A DNA stretch of 64,000 nt from positions 1,931,825 through 1,995,824 of the forward strand of contig CAVVZR010000008.1 in the NCBI GenBank assembly GCA_963752685.1, written 5' to 3'. The notes beneath the pieces are model-generated. The model saw only the letters and a program-made list of their open reading frames with translations, ran no database searches and was not told where the DNA came from. A program made the translations under genes and the position numbers. Shown here one piece after another: positions 10,225 to 21,170 of the stretch. This DNA comes from an uncultured Chloroflexia bacterium (GTDB taxonomy: Bacteria > Chloroflexota > Anaerolineae > Anaerolineales > Anaerolineaceae). Position 1 is the first letter of the stretch, and each line of letters opens with the position of its first letter.

Positions 10225-11214
10225 TTACTTGGGCCAGGCGGTTTCATACGCCGCCAGGATGCGCTCGGTGAGTTGGTTGAATCCCTCATCCACTTTCTGC
10301 CGGGAGCTGTCCGCGCGGTACCAGGCGATAATTTCCTCCGCGCCGCGTGAAAACGGGATGGTCGCTACGTATCCTGGCACGAGGGCTTTCAGCTTGCTGT
10401 TATCAAAGATCGCGCTGTGAGTTTTATCCCCCAGCAGCCCGGCGCCCCAATTGGGATCATATGCCGCGATCAAATCGGATGGCACGTGTACCATGTGTGC
10501 TTCACAACCCGCTGCCCTCGCCACAATCTCATAAATTTGGTTCCAGGACAGCCATTCATCCGAGGTAATTTGAACTGCCTCCCCAATCGCCTTGGAATTT
10601 CCCAACAAGCCCACAAAGCCCTTGGCGAAATCGACATGATGGGTCAGCGTCCACAAAGAAGTGCCATCGCCGTGCACGATTACTTTTTTGCCTTTTAGCA
10701 TGCGGTCGACCACCGTGTAACCGCCGTCCATCGGAATGGCAGTGCGGTCGTAGGTATGGGATGGTCGCACGATGGTGATGGGCATCTTGTCCTCGCGGTA
10801 AGCCCTCACCAGGCGTTCTTCACAGGCGATCTTATTGCGCGAATACTGCCAGAAAGGATTATCAAGCACGGTGGATTCGCGCACCGGCAGCGAGCTGGGC
10901 GGGGTCTGATAAGCCGAAGCCGAACTGATGAATACATATTGCCCGGTGCGCCCACTGAATAACCCAAGATCGGTCTCGATATGATCGGTTGTAAAAGCCA
11001 CCCAATTAACCACCACATCAAAATCCATCGCGCCCAGCGCAGCCCGGGCTGAAGAGGCATCCCGAATATCGCCATTTAACACCCGCGCACCTGCCGGGAC
11101 CGGTCGAGCCGATTTACCCCGGTTAAGCAGATACAGCTCCACCCCTTGTTTTAAGGCCAGCTCAGAACAGGCCGAGCTGATGATCCCGGTGCCGCCAATA
11201 AAAAGTACCTTCAT
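10225..11214 (-). CDS. NAD-dependent epimerase/dehydratase (extended SDR)
   Basis: Rossmann motif MKVLFIGGTGIISSA. GAGGAG RBS 7 nt upstream of ATG 11214. The ORF continues in-frame to 11271 without an RBS. Confidence 0.8.
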   Translation of the reverse strand: MKVLFIGGTGIISSACSELALKQGVELYLLNRGKSARPVPAGARVLNGDIRDASSARAALGAMDFDVVVNWVAFTTDHIETDLGLFSGRTGQYVFISSASAYQTPPSSLPVRESTVLDNPFWQYSRNKIACEERLVRAYREDKMPITIVRPSHTYDRTAIPMDGGYTVVDRMLKGKKVIVHGDGTSLWTLTHHVDFAKGFVGLLGNSKAIGEAVQITSDEWLSWNQIYEIVARAAGCEAHMVHVPSDLIAAYDPNWGAGLLGDKTHSAIFDNSKLKALVPGYVATIPFSRGAEEIIAWYRADSSRQKVDEGFNQLTERILAAYETAWPK

Positions 11215-11358
11215 GATTTTCTCCTCGCTGGTTTTGAATACAGACTGCTTCCTCTCCGAATTATAGACCACATCGCGGCGAATAAGAAAGTAGGCCTTGG
11301 ACGAGTTGTACTATAATAGCCTGCAACGTCTCTAATCCTCACCCAAAGGAATAATCGC

Positions 11359-12096
11359 ATGACTCTTCCATCTCTGCCCGTTGAACCTGAAGGTTGGGAA
11401 ACCCCTCAAACCATCTTACTGGTTCTGGCCCACCCCGACGATCCCGAATTTTTTTGCGGCGCTACCATCGCCCGCTGGACAGCCGCCGGTCACAGCGTGG
11501 ATTACTGCTTGCTGACTCGCGGCGATAAAGGCGTGAAAGATCAAACCGCCGATCCGTTGGAACTCGCCCGCATTCGTGAAGGCGAACAGCGCTGCGCCGC
11601 CGATTCGCTGGGGGTCGGCCAGGTAGTTTTCCTGGATTACGAAGACGGTTACCTGGTCCCGGATATGGCTACGCGCAAAACTGTCGCCCGGGTGATCCGC
11701 CAGTTCCGCCCCGATATCCTCGTTTCCTGCGATCCAACCCAGCTTTTTGGGGATAACTCGATCAATCACCCCGACCACCGCGCCGTCGGCCAGGCGGTTG
11801 TCGACGCATTTTTCCCGGCCGCCGGCAACCCCCTCTATTTTTCAGACCTGATGAATAATGAAGGCCTGGCGCCGCACGCTCCTAAGGAACTCTGGTTGAC
11901 CGTCACCGGGCAGCCCAACACCACCATCGATGTCACCTCTACCTGGGAAAGAAAAGTTTCCGCGCTGCACTGCCATGCCACCCAAATCAGCGATATGGCT
12001 CAACTGGATGAACGTATGCGTGGACGCCGGACCCCCGAAAGCAGCCCGGAAGACCCGCGCTACGAAGAAAAATTCCGCCGGTTCAAATTCCGCTAG
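11359..12096 (+). CDS. PIG-L/LmbE family N-acetylglucosaminyl deacetylase
   Basis: Signature AHPDDPEFFCGATIARW and HPDH motif (NHPDHRAVG), as in MshB/BshB/LmbE. Confidence 0.8.
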   Translation: MTLPSLPVEPEGWETPQTILLVLAHPDDPEFFCGATIARWTAAGHSVDYCLLTRGDKGVKDQTADPLELARIREGEQRCAADSLGVGQVVFLDYEDGYLVPDMATRKTVARVIRQFRPDILVSCDPTQLFGDNSINHPDHRAVGQAVVDAFFPAAGNPLYFSDLMNNEGLAPHAPKELWLTVTGQPNTTIDVTSTWERKVSALHCHATQISDMAQLDERMRGRRTPESSPEDPRYEEKFRRFKFR

Positions 12097-12125
12097 ATTT
12101 CCTTAGCCCATTCCCGATCATCTCG

Positions 12126-12152
12126 CAAGCCAGTTTCCCTGGCTTGTTTTCT
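12126..12152 (+). terminator. Rho-independent terminator after the deacetylase gene
   Basis: Stem CAAGCCAG / CTGGCTTG, loop TTTCC, then TTTTCTT. Confidence 0.55.
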
Positions 12153-12422
12153 TACCCGCTTTGCGTTGTAATCCCAATGGGATGGCCAGGCACCTTCCAT
12201 AATTGCAATGGTACCCCGATTGTTATTCGGTTAAAATATCTGCATCCATGATTTTATTTTCCGCTTTCAGTATGCACCTTCTCCACGCGGGCATTCTTGA
12301 GACATATATGAGGCCCCATCGACAAACTGGCAATCCCAGTTATATTTTCACAGAAGAAAAACATCCCGTCTGCATGAAAAAGTAAAGTATCCTTATTCCC
12401 GATTTCTATAGGTATTGGATTT

Positions 12423-15134
12423 ATGAGCATCCATATAAACAGCCAGGAAAACCATTTACTCCCTGCCATCCCAAAAGACCGCCGTTGGTTCCTGATCGGA
12501 ATATCCGCACTGATCATCATCATTCTCGCGGTTGGCGGAATCTGGTTTTACGAATTTCAATCCCAGGTGATAAAAACCCAGAAAAAGGCTGAATTAAACA
12601 CGATCGCGGAACTAAAAATTAATCAGATCGTGCAGTGGCGCCTCGAACGGTTATCGGATGCCCGCATTTTTTCCTCGGGGGCACTGACATCCTCGGCCAT
12701 CAATCAGTGGATAACCCATCCGGATGATCTTGGTACCCGAGATCTGGTTACCGGCGAAATGGCGCAGTTGCTCCAGGTGTATGGTTATAAAAACGTGATC
12801 CTGGCTACCACCGACGGACAAGTGCTCCTGACTCTTGACCCCAAATCAACCACTTTGGACCCCGAAACACAACAGCTAGTCAAACAGGCAAGCGCCGCCA
12901 GCCAGCCGATCATGGGGGATTTTTTCATGAGCCAATCGGCAGGTCGCATCTATATAGAAGTCGCCGCTGCCATAACCGGGGGCGATAACCAATCCCCAAC
13001 GATCATTATCTTGCGGATTGATCCCGAACAATACCTGTTCCCACTCATCCAAACCTGGCCCACCAACAGCCCCAGCGCCGAAACATTGGTAGTACGCAAA
13101 GATGGTGAGAACGCCTTATTTCTCAATTCACTGCGGCACAGCGACAGCCCGCCTTTATCCATCCGTATTCCGTTATCTAGCACCGAGGTGCCTGCGGTAC
13201 AGGCAATCCTGGGTGCAAGCGGTTCTGTGGAGGGCAGCGATTATCGCGGGAATTTGGTATTAGCGGATGTCCATCCCATCCCCGGTTCGGATTGGTTTAT
13301 GGTAACCAAAGTGGATGCCCAGGAAATCCTTTCCGGGGTTCAGCTGCTCGGCTGGATTATTGTGCTGGTCATCGGCCTATCTATCATCATGACGGCTGCA
13401 GTTGCCGCATATCTGTTCTTGAATAGCCAAAGGCGGTTTTATAAGACTCAATACCTGGCTGGCCTGGAACAAAACAAGACCCAGCAGGAAATCCGCACGG
13501 CACTCTACAGCATCGGCGATGGCGTCATCACCACCGATGAAATTGGCATCATTACCCGCATGAATCCTGTCGCTGAAAATCTCACTGGATGGGTTGAAGC
13601 CGAGGCTTTAGATCGCCCATTGGAAGATGTATTTAATATTGTCAGTGAAATTACCTTACACAAGGTTGAAAATCCCGTCAAACGCATCTTATCCGAAGGG
13701 GCGATTGTGGGACTGGCTAACCACACATTGCTCATCAACCGCTCTGGTGAAACTCACCCCATTGCCGATAGTGGTGCGCCCATCCGGGATGCTTCCGGTC
13801 ACATCTTGGGAGTGGTGCTCGTCTTCCGCGATCAGACCGCCGAACGCGCCTATCAATCGGAACGCGCCTTGCTGACCGACACATTAAGCGCCAGTCTCAA
13901 TGAAATCTATATTTTTGATGCCGCCAGTTTCCAGTTCCGTTTTGCCAACAAGGGCGCATTGAAAAACCTGGGGTACACACTTGAACAACTCCAATCCCTC
14001 ACCACGCTGGACGTTAAACCTAAATTCACTCTCGAGACCTATCGACAACTCATTCGACCTCTCTTCACCGGCGAAAAGGACATCCTGGTTTTCGAAACCG
14101 ACCAACAACGCGCGGACGGCAGCCTGTATCCCGTCGAAGTCCATTTACAGTTGTTTGACTATCCCGATTATCAGGTTTTACTCGCTGCCATTCAAGATAT
14201 CACCTTGCGCCGAGAGACCGAATCCGTTTTGCGCAAAAGTTTAGCATTTCTTAAGGAGACCGAACGGCTAACCGGGGTAGGCGGCTGGGAATGGGATGTA
14301 CATTCTCAGGTCAGTACCTGGAGCGATGAGGTGTACCACATTCACGGCCTGGATCCTCACACCACAGACCTCACCTCTCCTGAAATCATCCAACGCAGCT
14401 TGGATTGCTATCACCCAGACGATCGCCCTAACGTGCAAGCCGCATTTGAAACTTGCATCACCGAAGGCAAAGCTTATGATGTCGAAGCGCGCTTTGTCTC
14501 CTTATCTGGGGAAGAAAAATGGGTGCGGACAACCGGAAAAGCAGATTGGGAAAACGGTCAGGTCGTCCGGATCACCGGTTCCTTGATGGATATCACCGAA
14601 CAACACAGGCTGCGCGACAATTACCAGCTGCTTTTCAGTGAAATGCTGGAAGGTTTCGCCTTGCACACCATCCTACTCGATCCGCAAGGAAATCCACAGG
14701 ATTACAGGTTCGAAGCGGTTAACCCTGCTTATGAGCGCCTGACGGGGTTACGAGCCTCCGAAATCATTGGCAAAACCGCCACCCAGGTTCTGCCTGACAT
14801 CGAGGGACATTGGATTAATACCTACGGGAAGGTTGCTCTCAGCGGCAATCCGGTATTCTTTGAGGATTACAACCAGGATCTCGGCCGCTATTACGAGATA
14901 ACCGCGTTTCGGCCGGCGCTAAACCAGTTCGCTTGCATTTTTATTGACACCACCCGGCGTAAGCAGGCCGAGGCAAAGCTGCAAGAACAGCTTACGGAGC
15001 TGCGGCGGTGGCATGAGGTCACCTTGGGCCGCGAGACCCGGGTAATCGAATTAAAGGGAGAGATTAACCAACTACTGGCAGAAACCGGGCGCCCTCCCCG
15101 CTATCCCAGTTTGCAGGAAACAGCGCATGAGTGA
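12423..15134 (+). CDS. Membrane sensor protein with extracytoplasmic Cache-like domain and four cytoplasmic PAS/PAC domains; no recognisable output domain
   Basis: TM1 (aa 22-44) and TM2 (LLGWIIVLVIGLSIIMTAAVAAYLF) flank a ~270-aa segment. Repeated PAS cores follow (GDGVITTDEIGIITRMNP, NEIYIFDAASFQFRFAN, VGGWEWDV, GFALHTILLDPQGNP). The stop overlaps the next start (ATGA). Confidence 0.75.
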   Translation: MSIHINSQENHLLPAIPKDRRWFLIGISALIIIILAVGGIWFYEFQSQVIKTQKKAELNTIAELKINQIVQWRLERLSDARIFSSGALTSSAINQWITHPDDLGTRDLVTGEMAQLLQVYGYKNVILATTDGQVLLTLDPKSTTLDPETQQLVKQASAASQPIMGDFFMSQSAGRIYIEVAAAITGGDNQSPTIIILRIDPEQYLFPLIQTWPTNSPSAETLVVRKDGENALFLNSLRHSDSPPLSIRIPLSSTEVPAVQAILGASGSVEGSDYRGNLVLADVHPIPGSDWFMVTKVDAQEILSGVQLLGWIIVLVIGLSIIMTAAVAAYLFLNSQRRFYKTQYLAGLEQNKTQQEIRTALYSIGDGVITTDEIGIITRMNPVAENLTGWVEAEALDRPLEDVFNIVSEITLHKVENPVKRILSEGAIVGLANHTLLINRSGETHPIADSGAPIRDASGHILGVVLVFRDQTAERAYQSERALLTDTLSASLNEIYIFDAASFQFRFANKGALKNLGYTLEQLQSLTTLDVKPKFTLETYRQLIRPLFTGEKDILVFETDQQRADGSLYPVEVHLQLFDYPDYQVLLAAIQDITLRRETESVLRKSLAFLKETERLTGVGGWEWDVHSQVSTWSDEVYHIHGLDPHTTDLTSPEIIQRSLDCYHPDDRPNVQAAFETCITEGKAYDVEARFVSLSGEEKWVRTTGKADWENGQVVRITGSLMDITEQHRLRDNYQLLFSEMLEGFALHTILLDPQGNPQDYRFEAVNPAYERLTGLRASEIIGKTATQVLPDIEGHWINTYGKVALSGNPVFFEDYNQDLGRYYEITAFRPALNQFACIFIDTTRRKQAEAKLQEQLTELRRWHEVTLGRETRVIELKGEINQLLAETGRPPRYPSLQETAHE

Positions 15135-18100
15135 ACCAATTCTCGTGGTATTAATTCATAACGCCGCCCTCCTGCTTGGAATAGCGATAATTTTTGACCT
15201 TGCCATCACGCAGCGCCGTGCTCATCGCATTACCTGGTGGCAGGTTCCCTTTGGCTTTCTGATCGGCGCCGTTGGCATTGTACTCATGCTGACTCCATGG
15301 ATATATGCGCCTGGGATTGTGTTTGACTCCCGTTCGATCTTACTGGGTATCTCCGGGCTCTTTTTTGGCGCTGTACCCACCCTATTTGCCATGCTCATCA
15401 CGGCTGCCTTCCGCATATCGATAGGTGGCCCGGCCACTCTCACCGGCGTCTGTGTGATCCTGGCCAGCGGTACCCTTGGGATCGCCTGGCGCTATTTTCG
15501 CAAACCGCATTTATCCAACCTTTCCTGGCGAGAATTATATTTGTTTGGCATAGCCGTGCACATCATCATGTTGGCGCTATTTTTCCTGCTTCCATGGGAA
15601 ACTACATTCCAGGTACTCCGCGCCATGGCCCTACCTGTGATCCTGCTTTACCCCATCGCAACCACCGCGCTGGGGGCAATGCTGACCAATCGATTAAAAC
15701 ACGACCAGGCCATCCAGGATTTAAGCGATAGCGAAGAGCGTCTGCGCCTTGCAACCGGCGCTGCGAATATCGGCTTTTTTGATCGAGATCTCACCACTGG
15801 AGCAGTCCATTTTTCACCGGAATGGAAGCATCAGCTTGGTTACGAACCCCACGAGTTGGCTAACGACCCGCTCGAATGGAGTTCGCGCCTCCATCCGGAA
15901 GATCGTGAGCGAATTCTAGAGATCGAAAAGGCGTACCTTTCCGGAGCGCGCAAGGATTATGAAATTCAATACCGGCTGCGTCATAAGGATGGCTCTTACC
16001 GTTGGATTCTGGATCGTGGCGAACATCAAACGGATGAGCATGGAAAATCCATTCGTTTATTAGGTTGCCATATCGACATCACTGAACAGGTACACGCTCA
16101 GGAAGCCGTGTCGGCCAGTGAGCGGCGTTTCCGCAGCCTGGCCGAAAGCAGCCAGGATTCCATCACGTTATATGATCGCAACTGCCGTCTACTATATGAA
16201 AACCCTACCGGACTGCTCATCTCTGGCTTATCCCAGGAAGATGCTCTCGGAAAAACTCCCAGGGAAACCAGCCCATCAGGTGAGATAGGCGAAACGTTGC
16301 AAGCCGATATCCAATCGGTATTTGAAAGCGGGCATTCCACCCATCGAATGCTTGACTGGCAAACAGAAGGCAGCAAAATCATTCTCGATCTGCATCTCTC
16401 GCCAGTCTACGGTGAAGATAACCAGGTCGAACAGGTTTTGGGAATTTCTCGAGACATAACCACATTAAAAGCGGCCCAACAGGCGCTGCAAAAAAGTGAA
16501 GAGCTCTATCGCGTCCTGACCGAAAGCATCCAGGATGTCGTTTGGATTCTCAGACGCCCAGACCTTGTTCTTCCGCTATGTCAGCCCATCGGTCGAAAAC
16601 ATGCGCGGCTTTACCGCCCAGGAAATTATGGCCGAGCCGGTTCAATACGCTCTCACTGAGGAAGCCGCCGGCTCGTTGATCGCGTTGATTCACCAGCGCG
16701 TCCTCGATTTCCAAACCGGCCGGGTACCAGGCAATAAATTTTACACCGATGTCATTGAACAACCCTGCAAGGATGGCTCTACCGTTTGGACCGAAATCGT
16801 CACCAATTATTACACCAATCCCGATAGCGGTCATGTCGAAGTTCGCGGGGTCACTCGCGATATCCGCGAGCGCCGCGAGGTAGAATTCAAGCGCCAGGAA
16901 GCCCTTGAAGCCCAGCGTGCCAGTGAAATTCAATATCATTCTCTCTTCGAGAACATGCTCAATGGGTATTCATACTGCCAGATGCTCTTTGAAGATTCTG
17001 TGCCCGTTGATTTTATTTATCTGGATGTAAATAAATCCTTTAGATCATTAACCGGCTTGGATCAGGTAATTGGTAAGCGGGTCACGGAAGTAATTCCAGG
17101 AATCCGCGAAAGTGATCCACACATCTTCGAGATATATGGGCGAGTGGCCATAAGTGGTCTGCCCGAATCCATCGAGTTGTACATCGCGGCGCTGCATAAT
17201 TGGTACTCAGTTTCAATTTATAGCCCGCAAAAAGAATACTTTGTCGCAATGTTTAATGTGATCACACCCCGAAAAAACGTTGAAAAAGACCTGCTCAACG
17301 CCCAGGCTGAACTCCAGCGCCAACTGGCCACCTCAGATAAATCTCGCCTGGTGCTGCTCAGCATGGTCGAAGACCGGCGGAGGGCCGAGGAACAGGTCCA
17401 CCGTCTCAACCTGGAACTGGAAAAACGCGTCCAACTGCGTACTGCGCAGCTCGAAATGGTCAATAACGAACTGGAAGCCTTTTCTTATTCGGTTTCACAC
17501 GACCTGCGTGCCCCGCTGCGTGCCATGGATGGTTTTAGCGAGGCACTGTTGGCAGACTACCCCGACCAGCTGGATGCCCAGGGCAAGCATTATCTTCGCC
17601 GCATTCGCGAAGCTTCCCAGCGCATGGGACAATTGATCACCGATCTGCTAAAATTATCCCGTATCACCCGCACGCAGTTGAACCGCCAGAAGGTAAACCT
17701 GAGCGATATTGCCGTTCAAATCACGGAGGAATTGCAGACCAATGAGCCCTCCCGCAAGGTGGAATTTGAAATCACCCCGGAGCTGATCGTGGACGGGGAT
17801 GCGCCATTGTTGAGAATTGTGTTGGAAAATCTATTGAGCAATGCATTCAAATTTAGCTCGAAACAGACTTATGCTAAAATAACTTTGGGGGTAGCCGAAA
17901 TCGAAGGTGAAAGGGTTATTTTCGTCCGCGACAACGGCGCCGGGTTCGATATGGCCTACATCACCAAGTTATTTTCTCCTTTCCAGCGACTGCATGCTGC
18001 CGACGAATATCCAGGCACAGGCATTGGTCTGGTAACCGTGCAGCGAATCGTCACCCGTCATGGTGGGCGTATCTGGCCGGAAGCCGAGTTAGGGCATGGC

Positions 18101-18136
18101 GCCACCTTTTATTTCACCTTAGGAGGTGCAGAATGA
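15127..18136 (+). CDS. Sensor histidine kinase: 5TM-receptor-of-LytS N-terminus, three PAS domains, HisKA and HATPase_c; split by a 1-nt frameshift near 16548
   Basis: ORF 15127-16659 carries the 5TMR-LYT membrane domain and PAS domains. ORF 16535-18136 carries a PAS, the H-box (FSYSVSHDLRAPLRAM) and N/G-boxes (RDNGAGFD, GTGIGL). The PAS sequence DVVWIL|SDAQTLFFRYVSPSVENMRGF runs across the two frames. Confidence 0.75.
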
Positions 18137-18576
18137 GCGATGGCATTATCCTCCTGGTCGAAGATAATCCCGATGATGAAGAATTAACCTTAATCGCCTT
18201 CAAGCGTGCCAAAATCCTCAATGAGGTGGTTATTGCCCGCGATGGAGTTGAGGCCCTCGATTTCTTATTCGCCAGAGATAACTACGCCGGACGGGATACT
18301 TCCCGGCTGCCACAAGTTATTTTGCTAGATCTCAAACTACCAAAACTTGGGGGACTAGAAGTTCTCGAGCAGATCCGCGCTGACCCCCGCACACATTTAA
18401 TCCCCGTAATTATCATGACTTCCTCAAGTGAAGAAGAAGATATTGTTTCCAGTTACCGCCTGGGAGCCAACAGTTACGTGCGAAAACCGGTCGATTTCCA
18501 AAGTTTCGCCGATGCTGTGCGCCAGCTGGGTATGTATTGGCTGCTGATCAACCAGAACCCGCCCAACCCTGCATGA
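18133..18576 (+). CDS. Single-domain response regulator (CheY-like receiver)
   Basis: LLVEDNPDDEE, phospho-acceptor LLDLKLP and KPVD motif. The start overlaps the kinase stop (ATGA). Confidence 0.85.
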   Translation: MSDGIILLVEDNPDDEELTLIAFKRAKILNEVVIARDGVEALDFLFARDNYAGRDTSRLPQVILLDLKLPKLGGLEVLEQIRADPRTHLIPVIIMTSSSEEEDIVSSYRLGANSYVRKPVDFQSFADAVRQLGMYWLLINQNPPNPA

Positions 18577-18649
18577 TTTTCCGGCGAACACCATTTTGCC
18601 AATAGCATCTTCCATGGCAAAAAGATGATGGATGGATCCAACAAAAAAA

Positions 18650-18679
18650 GGTTCCCTGCGGTGCAGGGAACCTTTTTTT
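18650..18679. terminator. Bidirectional rho-independent terminator
   Basis: Stem GGTTCCCTGC / GCAGGGAACC with a 3-nt loop. A7 lies upstream and T7 downstream, between the convergent receiver gene (+) and GH3 gene (-). Confidence 0.7.
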
Positions 18680-18694
18680 GTATAGAAAATAGAA

Positions 18695-20974
18695 TTATAG
18701 CCGGTGCGCTTGTACGAGCAGTTCCGCAACCATTTCATCGGAGGATTTCTCTAGCCTGCTCTCCTGGAAATGTAAAATACTAGCCAACGGCATATCCATC
18801 ATAAAGGACATCGAATCCATCCCGATAAAGGAACTGTCGCCTTCACCCTCGCCGCCAAACAGGCCCGCCATTTGCACCCGCATCTGTTTGAATACCGGCT
18901 CGAAAACGATCTTCCCCCGCGGATCCGCCAGCCATTCGCCGACCGTCGATTCCATATCCAGCTTGCAGGGCAATTCCAGGGTGCTGTGCAGGTTGACGGT
19001 TTTGGTGAAGCGAATATCGGCAGATGAAGCCCCAATCAGGATATCAAACTCGCCGTCTTCGGTCACCCACTGCCCGTACAGCGGGTTGTAGAATGCAAAA
19101 GCGCGGAAATCCAGGGCTATGGTGACGGTCTTGGTTTCTCCCGGCTGCAGATCCACCTTGGCAAATCCCTTCAATTCCTTGGGAGGCCGCTGTAAGCTGG
19201 ATTTCTGATCGTGGACGTACACCTGGACGATTTCCTTGCCTGCCATTTTGCCGGTATTGGTCACATTCACCGAGACAGTCAGACCATCCACGTCGTTGAA
19301 GGTATCCGCTGATACTTTCGGTGAACTATAGGCAAAAGTGGTATAGCTTGCGCCGTAGCCAAAGGGGAACAGCACCGGCACCTCTTTGGCGTCATAATAA
19401 CGGTAGCCCACAAAAATGCCTTCCCCGTAACGAACCGCGCCATTTTCACCGGGGAAATTTAAGAAGGCCGATGTGTCGGATAGTTTCAGGGGATAGGTTT
19501 CTGCCAGCTTACCGCTCGGGTTGACCCGTCCAAAAAGCACATCTGCAATCGCGCCACCGCCGGCCTGCCCCATCATCCAGGCTTCCAGCACGGCTGCCGT
19601 GCCATCGATCCAGTCGCTCATCACCACCGGAGCGCCGTTATTCAAGATCACCACCGTGTTGGGCTGGGCGCCCGTCACCGCCTGGATCAAAGCCACCTGC
19701 TGGCGGGTTAAATCCAGGTCTTTGCGATCATATCCTTCCGACTCCTTGAACCCGGGCAAAGCGATGTATAACAATGCCACGTCCGCAGTTTTGGCGGTAT
19801 CTACGGCCTGATCGATCAGACCCTGTTGGAAGGAATCGTCGCCCGGATAACCCATCGCGTAAACCAATTCGGCGTTTCCGGCCAATTTTTGCAGCTCGGC
19901 GAAAGGCACGTCCACCATTGTGGGATTGATATGGGAGCTGCCTCCACCCTGGAAGTGCGCCTGTTCCGCGGCGCGGCCGATCACGGCGATGTGTTGGGGA
20001 GATTGCAGGGGCAAAATGCCGTTGTTCTTTAGCAGAACCATCCCTTCGGAGGCAACCTTACGCGCCAGGGCGTGGTGACCCTCGATATCGAAGGCTCCCC
20101 CCAGCTTGGTCTGTGCGGCTTTCAACACGATCCGCAAGATGCGCCGCACCGCTTCGTCAAGCACCGCTTCATCCAGCGACCCGTCCTTCACCGCCTTTAC
20201 CACCGCTTTCGACCGGCGCGGGTCGGGACCGGGCATTTCCCAATCCAGGCCACCTAACAGCGACCTGACCCGATCATGGACCGCGCCCCAATCGGAGACC
20301 ACCAATCCCTCAAAACCCCACTCCTCTTTGAGAATGTCGACCAAAAGGTAATGGTTTTCGGAAGCGTAGGTGCCGTTGAGTTTGTTGTAGCTGCACATCA
20401 CGGTCCAGGGCTGGGCCTCCTTCACCGCGGCCTCAAAGGCCGGCAGATAAATTTCACGCAGGCTGCGTTCGTCAACCTCCGAGCTCATCGAAAAGCGTTG
20501 GTACTCCTGGTTATTGGCGGCGTAATGTTTGAGCGACGTGCCGACGCCCTGGCTCTGGACACCCCGGATAAAATCAACCGCCATCCGCCCGGCCAGGAAG
20601 GGGTCTTCCGAAAAATATTCGAAATTCCGCCCACCCAGGGGAGAGCGTTTCATGTTGACCCCAGGCCCGAGGAGCACATTCACCCCCAGGGCGATACATT
20701 CCTCACCCAGGGCTTTCCCCACCGCTCGGATCAATTCCGGATCCCAGCTTGAAGCCATAGAGGAAGCGGTTGGAAAACAGGTGGCCGGAAGGCTGGTAGA
20801 AGCAAGTTCTTCCGAGCTGGCCGTGTGCCGTACACCATGCGGTCCATCCGAGACCACCATACCGGGAATCCCCAGGCGTTCGACCGGCGTTGAGGTCCAC
20901 GAGTCAGCGCCTGTCACCAGGGCCGCTTTTTCCTCCAGGGTCATTTGTTTGATCAAGGTTTCTACATCCGACAT
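18695..20974 (-). CDS. Glycoside hydrolase family 3 beta-glucosidase/beta-xylosidase (BglX-like)
   Basis: N-terminal GH3 (LGIPGMVVSDGPHGVRH) with a catalytic Asp region (GLVVSDWGAV), plus the C-terminal GH3 and fibronectin-like domains. The ORF extends to 20998; Met 20974 (MSDVETL) is the likely start. Confidence 0.85.
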   Translation of the reverse strand: MSDVETLIKQMTLEEKAALVTGADSWTSTPVERLGIPGMVVSDGPHGVRHTASSEELASTSLPATCFPTASSMASSWDPELIRAVGKALGEECIALGVNVLLGPGVNMKRSPLGGRNFEYFSEDPFLAGRMAVDFIRGVQSQGVGTSLKHYAANNQEYQRFSMSSEVDERSLREIYLPAFEAAVKEAQPWTVMCSYNKLNGTYASENHYLLVDILKEEWGFEGLVVSDWGAVHDRVRSLLGGLDWEMPGPDPRRSKAVVKAVKDGSLDEAVLDEAVRRILRIVLKAAQTKLGGAFDIEGHHALARKVASEGMVLLKNNGILPLQSPQHIAVIGRAAEQAHFQGGGSSHINPTMVDVPFAELQKLAGNAELVYAMGYPGDDSFQQGLIDQAVDTAKTADVALLYIALPGFKESEGYDRKDLDLTRQQVALIQAVTGAQPNTVVILNNGAPVVMSDWIDGTAAVLEAWMMGQAGGGAIADVLFGRVNPSGKLAETYPLKLSDTSAFLNFPGENGAVRYGEGIFVGYRYYDAKEVPVLFPFGYGASYTTFAYSSPKVSADTFNDVDGLTVSVNVTNTGKMAGKEIVQVYVHDQKSSLQRPPKELKGFAKVDLQPGETKTVTIALDFRAFAFYNPLYGQWVTEDGEFDILIGASSADIRFTKTVNLHSTLELPCKLDMESTVGEWLADPRGKIVFEPVFKQMRVQMAGLFGGEGEGDSSFIGMDSMSFMMDMPLASILHFQESRLEKSSDEMVAELLVQAHRL

Positions 20975-21170
20975 TATATTATTCCTTCTTTTCACCAATC
21001 AGAATGAAAACCAGTGCGATACGATATGCCTTGACAGCGGGTAGGTCTTCGATCCCATTTCTTCTCACTTGAGTTCACCGACGATGCGAAAAGGCATCCG
21101 CTATATCTACCGGCTGGTGGAATACCAGCCGGTAGAAAATTTTCTTCAAAACCACACCCGAATTGCGAGG

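Noticed and set aside
20276-21044. Two overlapping plus-strand ORFs (158 and 171 aa)
   Set aside because: They are antisense to the GH3 beta-glucosidase gene.
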